This document shows positions 40,944-55,889 of a stretch of DNA of 64,000 bases, in pieces. The position numbers and the translations under genes are program-made. The notes beneath the pieces were generated by a model. It was given only the letters and a program-made list of their open reading frames with translations, was not told the origin of the DNA and made no database searches. The stretch covers positions 169,818,001 to 169,882,000 of the forward strand of contig OX597816.1 of NCBI GenBank assembly GCA_951406725.2. Direction: 5' to 3'. The first letter of the stretch is position 1. Each line of letters begins with the position of its first letter. The DNA is from Octopus vulgaris (taxonomy: Eukaryota).

Positions 40944-43089
40944 GCATTGTCATACGATTACGCAAACGTGTCCGGCATTCTTCGACAAGTTACATCTCAC
41001 AATGCTATCTAAATTCTCCATGCAGAAACGGAATTGGGTAGCTCATAAGATACAAGTGGTATGACGTGTAAGCTATTTTTTCAGGAGGAGAATTTCTAGG
41101 ATACACAATAATGTCTCTACTTTTCAGGAGGGGCAGCATTTTCTCCAACAAACACTAGTGCTATTTCAGTGCTGGTGGGGAAATTGTAGAGCCTGATATC
41201 GGACCGTCTCCTGTAGCGTAACTCACATCTCCGTATTGGCACTTTGTCTCTTCTGGCTCTCTCCTCTTCTTGCTGTTCAACTGCATGCCTGTTCTTGTAA
41301 AATTCTGCATAAGGATAAAGTTGGTGGATAACATCTCGTATTTTTCTCATAGTAACAGGGGGACACTCATAATTTTGAGGCGCATCCATACTCTGCTGCA
41401 GAACTTCATCCACCTCAATGAGGTATAACTGGTCGGATTGATCATTAGCAGGATGCAGGTTTGTGGTCGTGTGGTAAGTTTGGTCCTGAATGCAGAGGCA
41501 ATACAGACCCCTTCCTGGAGGTGCCGGTATTTTGACTCCTAATGACGCAAACGAAAAGATATAGTTATAATTTCTGACATTTCTACCGAATGAAACGGAC
41601 TCTTGATCGTTTCCCTCAAAAAACTTTTTAGGGTCTCTGGATATTGTTGCAATGCAGGCACGTTCACGTTTCCCTTTTAGCAGCAACTGTTATTTTCACT
41701 TCTAAACCTAAGCGCACAACAGTATTCACATATATCGTTCATTTCTCCTATCTTAATTGTTTAAATTCATTAACAATAGCTCTGTTCAGCACTGGCCTAT
41801 GTCTGCTCACACGCTGTGGATGCATCTGATGCCTCCTTAAGTTGCCAATTTCACCAGCATTCATATTTTGAACTCTTTCTCGATATCTTCCCCCTTGGTT
41901 TTGCTAATAAATAACCCTGTAGTACTAATTCATGTTCTCTACTGAAATATATATATATATATACAAATATGTATTATGCAATTATGCATACTATCAGATT
42001 TAATGATCCTTGATTATCAAGTCTAAATTATAGCGAGATCTTATACACGAGAAAAAAAAAAACTAAATTTATTTTTAATGTTCAGAAACGGAATACAAGA
42101 AGAGCAACAACTTATAATTTCGAATCCAAAAATGGATGTTTAGTCTCATCGGGCTGTGAAAGAAGTGTACGACATGAATCTCCAAACAGCTGCTTTGCTG
42201 TCCGGAAATTAATCTTTTATTACTTTCAGAATACTCGCACAAGAAATTTTTATGCTTAAAAAAATACAAGAATACTAATCAGATCAGTGACCTAAATCAA
42301 TATATCGGATTGATTGAATTAACATTTAAGCAGAAATACCCACAACAATGCAACCTCATTTAGAAATATTAGAAAATCGAAATATGCCAATGATTGCAAA
42401 ATATATCTTAATGATAAGAAAGGAAAATTTAAACCCTGCATACGTGAAAGAAAATTCATAATCAGGTATGAAATCCCCCACCCCTGGGCCAAATTTTCCC
42501 TTGTGTTCCCTTTGCTTAACATACATTTATGTTTTAAATTTAGTTTCTAGTTTTTCTCAATATTCCCCGAATAATTCCAAAGCTTCCTGTTTTCTGGAAT
42601 TTTCTCCTCCCTTCTCTCATCACTCTATCTTTTATTCCCTATCCTATTCCATTCTTGTTCTTTCTCTTTTCTCGCTGTCATCACATTAATATGTAATATT
42701 TAGTACACTAAATTGCGGATGTGTTTGTGATAGTGTGTGAATGCGTATGTGTAGACTCCATAACGTGACGAACCTTCTTCCAAAATACAAGTGTAAGGGA
42801 AATAGCTCCCTCATCAATACAAGAATATATCCATTTTATCCCAGCTTCAATTTTCAGCTCGCAAAGTTTCACAAAGACACACAGACACACATAGACAGAT
42901 ATTATTCTTAGCAAAGCATGGCTTAGTTGGCTGAAACTTCGAAGTCACTTGTTTAAACGTATATATAAATTTGTATTCTACAAAAGTATAGCCTCTAAGA
43001 TTTTAACATTCTTCCCGAGTGTTTAAGTAATATGCATGCTTGTTGTTCCTTCACCTGTATTCGCCTTTTGTTTTCTGTAAATTGGAACT

Positions 43090-43137
<48 letters not shown>

Positions 43138-43138
43138 G

Positions 43139-43813
43139 TGTGCCCTATCAGTATTTGCAAAGGGAAGCCATCCTTCCCGTCTCTAACTTATGATACACAC
43201 GGACTCGAGTTTCTGGCTATTGACCCGTCATCGGCATGTGACAATCACAGTTGTCGATGAAAAGTAGGTTCCCTTCTTATCCCTTTTCCAGTATCGTAAA
43301 GACACTGATATCGAAAAAGTGTAAACAAGCAATAATGAATCTTAGAGCGAGTTGTAAACAGTAGCTGCGACACATCGTGACGTATATTTGCCATTTAAAT
43401 ATGGCTAACCCCTAAGGGTGGAAGCTACTGTAGTTTTTAGCCATATTTAAATGGCAAATATACGTCACGATGTGTTGCAGCTACTGTTTATAACTCGCTC
43501 TAAGATTCATTATTGCTTGTTTACACTTTTTCGATATCAGTGACTTTACGATACTGGAAAAGGGATAAGAAGGGAACCTACTTTTCATCGCCAACTGTGA
43601 TTGTCACACGCCGATGACGGGTCAATAGCCAGAAACTCGAGTCCGTGTGTATCATAAGTTGAAGACGGGAAGGATGGCTTCCCTTTGCAAATACTGATAG
43701 GGCACAGAAAGTGTGTCTATAGCCAGCTGGAGGAGGTGTCCTCCTGGGGCTACAAACTACAATAGCATCCACCCTTAGGGGTTAGCCATATTTAAATGGC
43801 AAATGTACGTCAC
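43139..43813. mobile_element. Inverted, circularly permuted ~345-nt hammerhead-containing repeat (PLE pLTR or retrozyme-like)
   Basis: 43139-43408 is the reverse complement of 43437-43707. TTAGCCATATTTAAATGGCAAAT.TACGTCAC repeats directly at 43437 and 43782. (TA)n-rich flanks. Confidence 0.85.
43605..43649 (+). ncRNA. Type-I minimal hammerhead ribozyme fold (mirror copy on - strand at 43196-43240)
   Basis: Stem I CACACG/CGTGTG; core CCGATGA (U4C variant); imperfect stem II; GAAA at 43632-43635; palindromic stem III ACTCGAGT; canonical GTC triplet at 43641-43643. Confidence 0.75.
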
Positions 43814-43835
43814 TATATATATTTATATATATACA

Positions 43836-44219
43836 TGGAAGCACTCCGTCGTTTACGACGATGAGGGTTCCGGTTGATCCGATCAACGGAACAGCCTGTT
43901 CGTGAAATTAACGTGTAAGTGGCTGAGCACTCCACAGACACGAGTACCCTTAACGTAGTTCTCGGGGATATTCAGCGTGACACAGAGAGTGACAAGGCCG
44001 GCCCTTTGAAATACAGGTACAACAGAAACAGGAAGTAAGAGTGAGAGAAAGTTGTGGTGAAAGAGTACAGCAGGGACCGCCACCATCCTCTGCCGGAGCC
44101 TCATGGAGTTTTAGGTGTTTTCGCTCAATAAACACTCACAACGCCCTGTCTGGGAATCGAAACCGCGATCCTACGACCGCGAGTCCGCTGCCCTAACCAC
44201 TGGGCCATTGCGCCTCCAT
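43836..44219 (-). mobile_element. SINE family A, full-length
   Basis: Reverse complement of 21324-21706. Confidence 0.9.
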
Positions 44220-44264
44220 ATATACATACATGTATATTATATATCTATATACGTACACACACAG

Positions 44265-44325
<61 letters not shown>

Positions 44326-44754
44326 AACAGAGTAGACAGATATCCAAACACACATCAACACATGCATGCGTGTGTGAATGTTTGTGATTGTATACATACA
44401 TACATAAATACATTCATACATACATCATTTACTAACTTGCTCTTTAAAAATTTCTTCAATAGTATTCTCATGTTACTTTGATTCAAATTACGCTATCACC
44501 GTTCTAAGACTTGTTTAACATTGAAGTCAACATTTTCAACGCGTCAAACAATTGTCCAAAACAATTTTCTTTTTCTTTCCAACAAATGAATTATTGTAAC
44601 GTTATTGCATTATTAATTCTGTCAATTAACCCATGACCCTACAACTCGCCAAATAACAATCAGCTGGTGTCAAATGTATTTGAATATCAGCGTATTTAAA
44701 TGAGGAAACTCCACAGCTACTCCACTTTCACAGATTCCCCCATCTCACCAAATT

Positions 44755-45450
<696 letters not shown>

Positions 45451-45580
45451 ACTTTCCAAAGTCCCTCTCCGACTGTCGGTTACACTCACGCGCACACACA
45501 CACAAACACATACACACAAACACACAAACACACACACAAACACACACGCACGCACACACACACATATATATATATACAGC

Positions 45581-45652
<72 letters not shown>

Positions 45653-46547
45653 TGTGTGTGTGTATCAATATATCCATATATTTATCCAAACATACACTCA
45701 CACTTTTCATTCTCATGAATGTTGACTCTTCATGCTTGTCTACTTATGACGCTCAAACATTAATAATGTCATGCGCATAGAGTTATATTTTTTCTCAAAT
45801 ATTTAGTCATTGATATAGAATTTTGAGATTATATTTCAAAAAGAAATTTAATGCTGTGAGGGGAAAACTTATAAAGATTATTCGAAGAGACTTACACAGA
45901 TCTACATATAGTGATATGTCTGTTCATGTTTATTAATACGTGAATAGACTATATATAGAAATACCTTATTTGCCGGCGTATTAATCACACTTTTTTTCAG
46001 AGGGGAAAATCCAGAAAAATCGGGGTGCAGTTTATACACGGGTACAAGGAAAAGTCGGTCTAAAACCCGAACATTATTTCATGTAATTATCCAAGAATCA
46101 CGTGGTAGTATCTCCCCTTACAATTCTTGCTGTTAAAACTAGTTAAAAAAAAAACTTGTTCTTATTTCAGTGTCATCGTCCATTTTGTCCGTCATACGCT
46201 CTTATAACATTACGCATTTCAAGCCGATGTGCGCCAGTGTCGTCTCAATCGCAGCTCCCGCTTCGATGGTGCTGCTGCCCTGTAGAAGAGGGATGTGTGC
46301 CGGTAGAAAAGTATCGAGACTTGCCTTTTCTCCGACAAATGCACTACAATTGACAGCAGATCACAATTTTCACCCATCCTCTGATTCACCGCGAATTACA
46401 TACGAGTTCGGTAATTCCCTGGTCTATGACGTAAACAACTATTGTCCGGTGACCCGGATGCATGCCTAATTTCGCTGCGTAGGGAAACGAGAGAGAGGGG
46501 GGGATGGAGAGATGTGGTTCTTGAACGTGATTGATGAAATGCATTTA

Positions 46548-47148
46548 CTAGGTAATAAGTAAATTAAAATGAAATATGAAAATTCTTTTCATATAAAGGG
46601 AAATAAGGGGATTTATTCAGAACGAGTAAAACGCCCCCGTCCAATCAACGGTGCTGAATCATATCTGCTGAATAAAAAGCAACCAGTGTTTTCTTTTCAC
46701 TAAAATATAATTAAGCATGCCTTTATTTCAATAAAATTTTTGATTTGAAAAACTTCTCGAAAAACTTCTTGAAAACCAAATAGTCTTTCCTTCCTTCATG
46801 CCAAGTTTGAAAAAAATATCTCTTTAGCATCTTACTTTTTTGGTCTCTTAAATATACTGCATTTTGTGGCATTATTTCAAGCCAGCCTGCTTTTTTTTGC
46901 ACAAACTGCACGTGCCTTTTTCTCGCGTACGCGTAGTATCGATCGCAACAGCTGATGTACTTGCGCATACAAATGCTCATTCCCACAGCTTTATCGATCG
47001 CATGGAATCGATTTTTGTAGTTTTTGCATGACTTATACATGCCCTGATACCGTCGGTATCTACATATCAAATTTGAGCGCAATCGGATGGCGGATGCCCG
47101 AGATCCTAGAAGACACACACACAGACAGAACGGATTTTATATAATAGA
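46548..47148 (-). mobile_element. Non-autonomous Helitron-like insert inside the pogo element
   Basis: Minus strand starts TCTATTATATATAAAATCCGTTCTGTCTGTGTGTG and ends CTAG; A|T junction. No clear 3' hairpin. Confidence 0.6.
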
Positions 47149-48087
47149 TCATCTTGAACCGGGAAAGGCAAGGTTCATCGTCATCACCAATGTTACAAAG
47201 GAGTACAAATCTAATCAACTGTAATTTCATTACCGTACCGTAAAGTACTGGTAAGTGCACTTGTTTGTTTTATTTTTCTTGTAACATATCTACGTAAATA
47301 CATAAAGAAAATAGCAATGATTAAAGGAAGCTTTCAACCTACATCCTATTGCTTGGACGGTAATTAGCTTCACTGACTCGTTTATTCCGCTCTTCATGTT
47401 CCACGGAACTCATCTACTTCACTCTTCAGGTTCAACGGCAGTCAAGCCATTATGCCTAGACTTTCAGTTTCTGGGTTTGCTGAAGAGTTTGGAAACCGTC
47501 ACTTCGGGCCTGACGAATCTGTTGTCCGACGATGGCGCTCCAGGAGATCTCGACGAGAAGGCTGAGAGGTTCCAGCAGTTCATCATCAACCTGCGTAAAC
47601 GACATCAGTACCCTCTGTGCCGCATCAGCAACGCAGACCAAACTCCCCCCATGTTCGCTATTCCGATGGCGAGAAGTGTTGCCGAGAAGGGGGAGAGGAC
47701 AGTGGAAATAGTCACGACGGGTCACCAGAAGGATCCTTTTACGGTGATACTGGCTTGCACGGCTGACGGAGGAAAGCTGCCAACGTACGTCGTCTTTAAG
47801 TGGAAGACACTACCCAAAAACGCCAGGTTTTCAGAAGGGGTCATCGATCGAGCTCAAGCGAAAGGTTGGATGGACCAGGCACTCATCAAGGACTACCTTC
47901 GGGTAGTGTGGACGCGGAGCATCAATGGACTGCATCAGAGAAGGAGTCTCCTGTTTCTGGACGCATTCAGATTTCATAAGTCAAAAGAAACCAAGGCGAA
48001 GATACATCGTTTGAACATCGACGTGGCAATGATCCCTGGGAAAATGACATCCCTTCTTCAACCATTTGATGCTGTAATCAACAAACC

Positions 48088-48319
48088 TATTTCTTTACTA
48101 CCCACAAGGGGCTAAACACAGAGGAGACAAACAAGGACAGACAGATGGATTAAGTCGATTATATCGACCCCAGTGCGTAACTGGTACTTAATTTATCGAC
48201 CCCGAAAGGATGAAAGGCAAAGTCGACCTCGGCGGAATTTGAACTCAGAACGTAACAGCAGACGAAATACCGCTAAGCATTTCACCCAGCGTGCTATCGT
48301 TTCTGCCAGCACGACGCCT
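48088..48319 (-). mobile_element. SINE family C inserted in the pogo transposase
   Basis: 13-bp TSD TAATCAACAAACC at 48075-48087 and 48320-48332. Removing it restores VINKPFKD. Confidence 0.92.
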
Positions 48320-49395
48320 TAATCAACAAACCGTTTAAAGACTGTCTCATGCGTCACTGGGAAGATTGGATGGCCAGTGCACCGAAGGAGACGACAAAGA
48401 CCGGGTGCACGAAGAAAGTCGAATTGGGATTGATCTGCGAGTGAATCCCGAATGTCTGGGAGGAGATTCCAGAAGACATTATCAAGCGGGATTTCCTGAA
48501 GTGCTGCATATCCAACGCGCTCAACGGCACAGGAGAAGACATCTTGTGGGAATACGACGCCATTTCCCCCTATTCTTCTGACTCCAGCGATATATATAGT
48601 ATAAACTGGTATATGCAGACGATCAAGTGTCGTCTAACGACGAAGAGTTCCTGGGCTTTGAGCGAAGTCTCTGCCCATTAAGGTCGGCCCTTTTTAGGAC
48701 CACGTATTTTCAAGAAAAAATATAAAGATCATAATATGAATAAATCATAAAATAAAAATCACATTATAAAAAGACGTTCTCTTATCTGTCTTGCATTTAA
48801 AACCTGAACTTTATCGTCTTCCATTAATAATTATGAATATCAATGATTACGTTCGGAATGTTAAGTGCAATTTCATTATGTTAATGAAATTGAAGTTTGT
48901 ATTCATCCCGTACTTCTCCTTTTCCATTAGTACCAGCTGTTTCCCGGTTTCTCCCTCGTGTCTCTGTCGTGGACCAAAAATCGGGGATGCGGTTTATACA
49001 CGGGTGCAGCTTATACACTGGCAAATACGGTACATTCACTATTCATTCTATAATTACATCCCATAAGTACATATATATTAATTTTACTAGGTCAGCGATT
49101 TCAGGCGAATGGGTGAGTCGATTACCTCAACCCTAGTTCTCGACCGGTACTTATTCCAATATTTTCATGCGGGGAATGACGTTGCAATTTTTCAACCATA
49201 AATTGCATATTCCTTGCTGCTCAGCCATTTTGTCTGACACGATGTTAAACGATATATCAAACGAGATGGTAGATGGCGCAAAAATAAAAGGGTTAATGTA
49301 CGGGAAAAAGGAAGCAATCAGTGATGATCTATGGTATTGGTTATTTTCCTTGAAACACTGGTAATCGGATCGGTAACACTTTTGCAAACTTATAG

Positions 49396-49440
<45 letters not shown>

Positions 49441-49462
49441 TGTGTGTGTATTGACTACATAT

Positions 49463-49510
<48 letters not shown>

Positions 49511-50102
49511 GTTTATATACACACATATACACACATACTGGTTATGTGTAACCGAAAGACATTATATTCCGTTTAAATCTAAGAACTCCATGGGCCAATT
49601 AAATTCCGGACCGTAATTTCTATTAAACGTAAACATATGAACAATTAGTTTTGTTGAACTGCAGGAAACCGACCTCTCCGAATTAAATACGAAGTCTCAC
49701 ACATCTTAACTTCCTTTCCGTTGAATTAATCTACGCCAACCATATTTATTCTCATTCGAACAGACCAAAGGACGCTATTCTTGATCTAATTCTTCTTTTT
49801 TCTTTTTCCTTATTCCACTTTTTGCTTCTTTTCTTCATTCCAATTTTTATCTTTATCCTCCTCTCGTTTTTGTGTTTTCAAAACGACCAGCCATGTTGTA
49901 TATGTGCCTGTGAAAGATTGCTTGGAAACAGAAGGCTTCATGTATAAGCTTGTCTGGTTATCGTGTTTTCATACCATGAAAATAATAGTTGCTCGAATTC
50001 AAATATTGTATATTACATATATACAAATATGAAAATATTTAAGATATATTATTTTACTTTTTTACTTACCTATATATGCATACCTGCATACCTACATATA
50101 TA

Positions 50103-50470
50103 TAACGACGACGAGGGTTCCGGTTGATCCGAATCAACGGAACAGCCTGCTCGTGAAATTAACGTGTAAGTGGCTGAGCACTCCACAGACACGTGCACCC
50201 TTAACGTAGTTCTCGGGGATATTCAGCGTGACACAGAGAGTGACAAAGCCGGCCCCTTGAAATACAGGTACAACAGAAATAGGAAGAAAGAGCGAGAGAA
50301 AATTGTGGTGAAAGAGTACAGCAGGGATCACCACCATCCCCTGCCGGAGCCTCGTGGAGCTTCCAGGTGTTTTCGCTCAATAAGCACTCACAACGCCCGG
50401 TCTGGGAATCGAAACCGCGATTCTCTGACCGCGAGTCCGCTGTCCTAATCACTGGGCCATTGCGCCTCCA
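50103..50470 (-). mobile_element. SINE family A
   Basis: Reverse complement of 21324-21690. Confidence 0.9.
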
Positions 50471-52042
50471 CCGTACACATATGCATACACATACACAAAC
50501 GCATATATTCTCTTACTTGCTTCAGCTATGGGGTGGTGATTCCTCTGGAATATAATCGTGAAGATTAAATCAACACCAGTACATATTTTTTTTAACTACG
50601 GGTCTTATTCTGTCATGCCTCGTTTTGCCGATTTGTTAGGTAACGTGAATGTAAGAAAATCAGTAACGATCCACAAGCAGTCTTCCTGTGAAAGACCTCT
50701 TCTTTATCTTTATCCATGACTGAATAATTTTCCTATTTTTAGATCATTCCGCAGCGCCTACTCTTTTCTAAAACATGATGTAAAACCAACATCTAAATAG
50801 TTTCACTAGAAATATCATCATTCAAAACATATGAACATACGTAAAAATCATTTCCTAAGACAATGCAGGATGTAAATAACGGATTTCTACAATTAGGCAT
50901 TTAGGATTTCTTCTAAACAGCATATTTTCTCATGTATCTCCTCAACAAACACTAAAATATTAAGTAGATTCAATAATAATCAGTTGAGCTGATTAATCTG
51001 ATTAAATCAAGACATTAGTACACTTAGCCAGCGTATAAGAGATCTGATAAGCTCGGAGAGCTAGTATCTTTAGCGTCATGAAGTAATTCCTTTTAGGTGG
51101 TAAACTGGTTCGAGGATATAATAATGTGTGCACAAGATTTATACGTTGATGATATCAATTATTATATCACCATCATATTTCCAGTATTATTTAAGCAAAT
51201 TAATTTAGCCAATACTATATCTGGGGTTAGAGATTTCGAGGTTGGTGTGGTTATGCATACTCTGAAAATTACGTTAATTCTTTTCGAGTAATAAATATTC
51301 AGAATTACCTATGTTGCTGTAAATACGGTGCATGAGATTCAGTTGAGACAATTAATTTGATTTAATCTATTTATATTGTTTTAACTTAGAAGCGAATCCC
51401 CTAATATAGGAAGAAGTTTGTGCAGGGTGATGGTCCATTGAAGACGACCAGTTGTAGATTCAGAGCCGTAGATAGAATTAACAAAACCCTGATTGGAGTC
51501 TACAAAGTTATTATAAACTCTGTTACATTTAAACAAATCTATCTATTGTACATTTCTGAGATGTCCCCTTGCATCTTGGCAATGGATTATTACTTATATA
51601 GAAAAATCAACTTTGGCCATAAATTATATGAACACATTTCGAATCATCTCAGCATCATAGAAACAGAATTTCATTTAGATGTTATTTAGATTATCAACAA
51701 ACGAGCAGAGTTTTCAGGATCACTCAACCTACTACAGCGAAGCATTTTCTCCAATTGGCTTTAAGGAGGAACAATATTATTTGAACTATGATCGTAGGAT
51801 TAGGGTGATTAGATCTAGCCATACTATTTGGTATAAATCACCATTTAATATAGATGTGGTAACAACTATATAATCTGCTTTTCTTTACCCAGGAAACATT
51901 TACTGGTGTCATAAGTGTTATAGCAGCAATAATGCTTAATTGTTACTCGACAGTCTATAACCTTGCACAAAATCATTGTATCTTTGAATGTAGGTAAGTT
52001 AATAATAAGTAGTAATAATAATATTAATTACGTTGGCGTTAG

Positions 52043-52098
<56 letters not shown>

Positions 52099-52123
52099 AT
52101 ATGTATGAATGTGTGTGTGCATA

Positions 52124-52187
<64 letters not shown>

Positions 52188-52196
52188 TGTGTGCGC

Positions 52197-52234
<38 letters not shown>

Positions 52235-53593
52235 GTATGTATGTATCTGTGTCCGTTCGCATGTAGCAGTGTGTGCATGAATACTTGCATAGGTCTATGC
52301 ATACGTGTGTAAATATTTATGTCTGAATGTGAAAAGGAATGGAGGTTTAATGTTAGGATATTTAGGATTTTTATATCCTTATGTACACATTAATAAGCTA
52401 CCTGAGTGTTTGCATACATTTAGGTTCACGTCCGCTAATTGTGTCGAGAGGAATAATAACTCTGTGAATGGGAATTATCTAATTAATATCGCAGCTCATT
52501 AGCACATAGTTAACACTCACACCACTAGTAAATCTCATCTAGGCTTAACAACCTATACATTAATGTCTAAGTATCACACAGAATCTCAGACAAGGAAAGA
52601 TGTTAGCCAAGGCCATATCTTATGATTGAAATCAAAAGGCCTTACAAATTGACAAACGCAATTGAGATTCTCTTTGCTACGGATCGCATTCTAATTTCCT
52701 ATTAGCATGTAGGCATAGACCCTTACAAAGATTTTTCCACATTACAGTCCAAGTGTGTACCCAAATGGATGGTATTTCTATCGCATTCAGATTCTTCAAG
52801 TTTTCGAAGAAGTGATTGTAAATTACCTAGATTACTGAAATATAAGTTAAGTAAATTTTATATCTCAAATTTTCTGTATAAATGCTCATACCGACTACAT
52901 GACTATTATATAGATATAAGCGACTATTTATCAATTAATATCAAAGCGATCTTATATACTTTTATTTCCGTGGATGACTGAGCTTGTGTATGCACACGTA
53001 GACCATATATTAGCAGCAGCGTAAGCGCGGGGGATGAAAATGCAGATATTTGTACATATCTCTAAGCAGGCATGTGCAATAGTATACACAATTATATATT
53101 TATATACTTGTATGTATGTTTGTATATACGTATGTGTGCATTTGTACGTATATATTTATGAACATATATATGTAATTATATTTATGTATGGAGTAATATT
53201 TATATATATGTATGTATGTGTGTCTCTTTATGCTATAAAAGTATAAATGTTAATCTGTAAGCATATGACTTAATGCTTACACAAAAGCGTATATGTATGT
53301 AAACATTGATAGATTAAAGTACACATGTCTGTTTGTATGTGGAAATGCAAGTTCTTCTAGGCGTAAGCAACATGTTTTGATATAGAAAGATCGTGAATAT
53401 ATATGCATATGTACGCGTACGCGGGCATATTACCGCCTAGGTGTGTAAACAATCATATGAATTATAGGTGTGTATGGGATTCTATATATTCACGAATACA
53501 CATGCACATATAAGTGCATATACCGATGTGTATGTGTTTATGTAGGTATTTGAATGCATATATGAGTATATATATATCTATATCTCTATATCT

Positions 53594-53656
<63 letters not shown>

Positions 53657-54849
53657 TATGTATGTATGTATATATATATATATATATATATATAGTTTAT
53701 GCATATTTATATTGTCCATATGCATATCTTTGCGTGTGTACTTTTGTATGAACTTGTGCGCATATATGTTTATAAATATACATGTATTTGTGTCGTTATT
53801 ATGTAAATGCCTCGAGGTATGTATGTTACGGTTTTATGTCCTAATGTACACATACATATCACTATCTGAGTGTTTGCATACGTTTAAGGATAGGTACACT
53901 AATGTAGTTCTCATAAATTTCATGTAAGCATCAACGGTTGAAATTTATTTTGAGCTATTTTGTATCAATTTACTATATTTCATTAATTCAGTTATTTACT
54001 TATTTAGCTATACATTTAGAGAATTATTATAATAGTGAGTGCGTATATTCAAGTATGTGAAACGATTGTCTATGAATATGAAGCAGTTTTATGTATGTGT
54101 GTTTTTTTGCATTATGTCCGTGTTTGCTTTAACGTAAAAGGATGCAATTTGATGACACTGTTCACCTATAAATGTTGCATGTCATATTTCGTGGAAAAAT
54201 TATTCTAAGAGTCGTAAATCAAACTCACTTCGAAAGTAGACATCACAGAGAAATATTGGTTGCAAATTTTGGCAAAAGACAAACATTTTCGGGAAGGTGT
54301 TAAATCAATTACATCTACCCTAGTGTTCAGCTGGTATTAATTTTATAGACACCGAAAGGATGAAAGGCAAAGTCGACAACGTAAAGACGGACGAAATACC
54401 GCTAAGCATTTTGACAGCAACTGCGCCAGCTCGTCGTTTTACATCACAATGAAATATTGCGGAATAATTCGACTGCATTTACAGATCCAAGATATTCTGA
54501 ATCGAATGTGCGGTAAGGGGAAGTTCTTCGCAACAAGATTTAATTTGTAAAATACAACTATCACACACACATGCGCACGCATGCACACTTACGTGCACGC
54601 GCACGTACACACACATATACGTGTGTGTATCTTTATGTCTGTGTTTTATCCCACCACCCTCCTGACAACCGGTGTTAGTGTCTTTACGTACCCCATAAAT
54701 TAGCGGTTCAGCAAAAAATAAAACAAAAGGGTCGGATAGAAAAAGTACCACCTTAAAAAAAGGCGAATCATTCGATTAAGAATTCTTGAAGGCGGTGCAT
54801 TAACATGGCGGCAGTCAAATGACTGAAGCAATCAAAATATAAAATATAA

Positions 54850-55801
54850 AGTCAATTCCAACAGAATTAAGTTTTAATGCTAAGATTAAAACTCTATATA
54901 CCAGTGTAAAATTACTTCAGGTACCGATGTCTTTTTTATATAGGTAGTTCTTCTCAGTTATCTAAATACAATTTCTAACCATTACTCTATATTTAGGGAT
55001 AGTTATAAACGCAACAGCACAAGGCAGAATTTCATTAATTTGGTATCTAAAAGACCATGATAAACAATTTAATTTAAATTGGTTGATTCCCTCCATTTCA
55101 TTCCCATATGATAAAGGCAAAGAATTCTGCCAACTCTGTAATAGTGAACTATTTTATACACTTTTTTCGAAGAATCCCCTTGTAAACACGGTTATAGAGC
55201 GTGCTTATCGATGTAAACATTGGCAGAAACATACCTTTAGTTCATATAAGTGATATCGACCATTTTATATAATTTGAACATTGATTTTCTTCTTACATTT
55301 CACGTCCACTGGAGATATCTTTTTCCAGGCCTTTAAGCTTTTATTTAATTCACATATCGCTCTATATTTCTCATTTATTAGTTTTCTGCTTATTTCTTTC
55401 CTTTACCCCTCCTCTTTCAATAGGCTACCTTTGACGTTATATCCACTAACGGTTTTCAAAAAACCTTAATAGCGTTCCGTTCATCATTATACACATCTAC
55501 CACGTTCTGTCAAAATATTTTATTGATGAGTTTGGTTTCTTTCTTTCTTTCCCTGAAGAGATTACATTGTTTTACACCATTTTATTCATTTCGAATAATA
55601 CTAATGTTGTCTTCGAAACATGTGTCGGAAGTAAAAGAATTTGAATTACACCTGCGATTAACTCCATTTATTTATTCATATATATTACACAAAATATTTC
55701 ACATGAACCCGGAGTGTCTACCTTTAAAAACAAGGTAACTGCTTTGGTAACTGTTTAACTATTTTTCCGTGTAAATTGTAAAGAAGGGAAAATACACGTA
55801 T

Positions 55802-55806
<5 letters not shown>
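54850..55806 (+). mobile_element. PLE 3' fragment (GIY-YIG C-terminus plus 3' UTR with hammerhead) ending in (TA)n
   Basis: Broken frames FFYIGSS...NHYSIFRDSYKRNST...IWYLKDHDKQFNLNW...YDKGKEFCQLCNSE...RCKHWQKHTF*. Hammerhead-like fold at 55548-55631. Confidence 0.8.

Positions 55807-55889
<83 letters not shown>

Larger units (their letters stand above)
45962..49032 (+). mobile_element. pogo-family DNA transposon (DD35D, POGK/Passer-like), decayed
   Basis: TIRs TACCTTATTTGCCGGCGTAT / ATACACTGGCAAATACGGTA and a repeated subterminal AAAATCGGGG.TGC.GTTTATACACGGGT. DDE_1-type domain at ~47500-48560 (NADQTP...LFLDAF-...-QPFD, 35 residues between D2 and D3). Confidence 0.88.
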
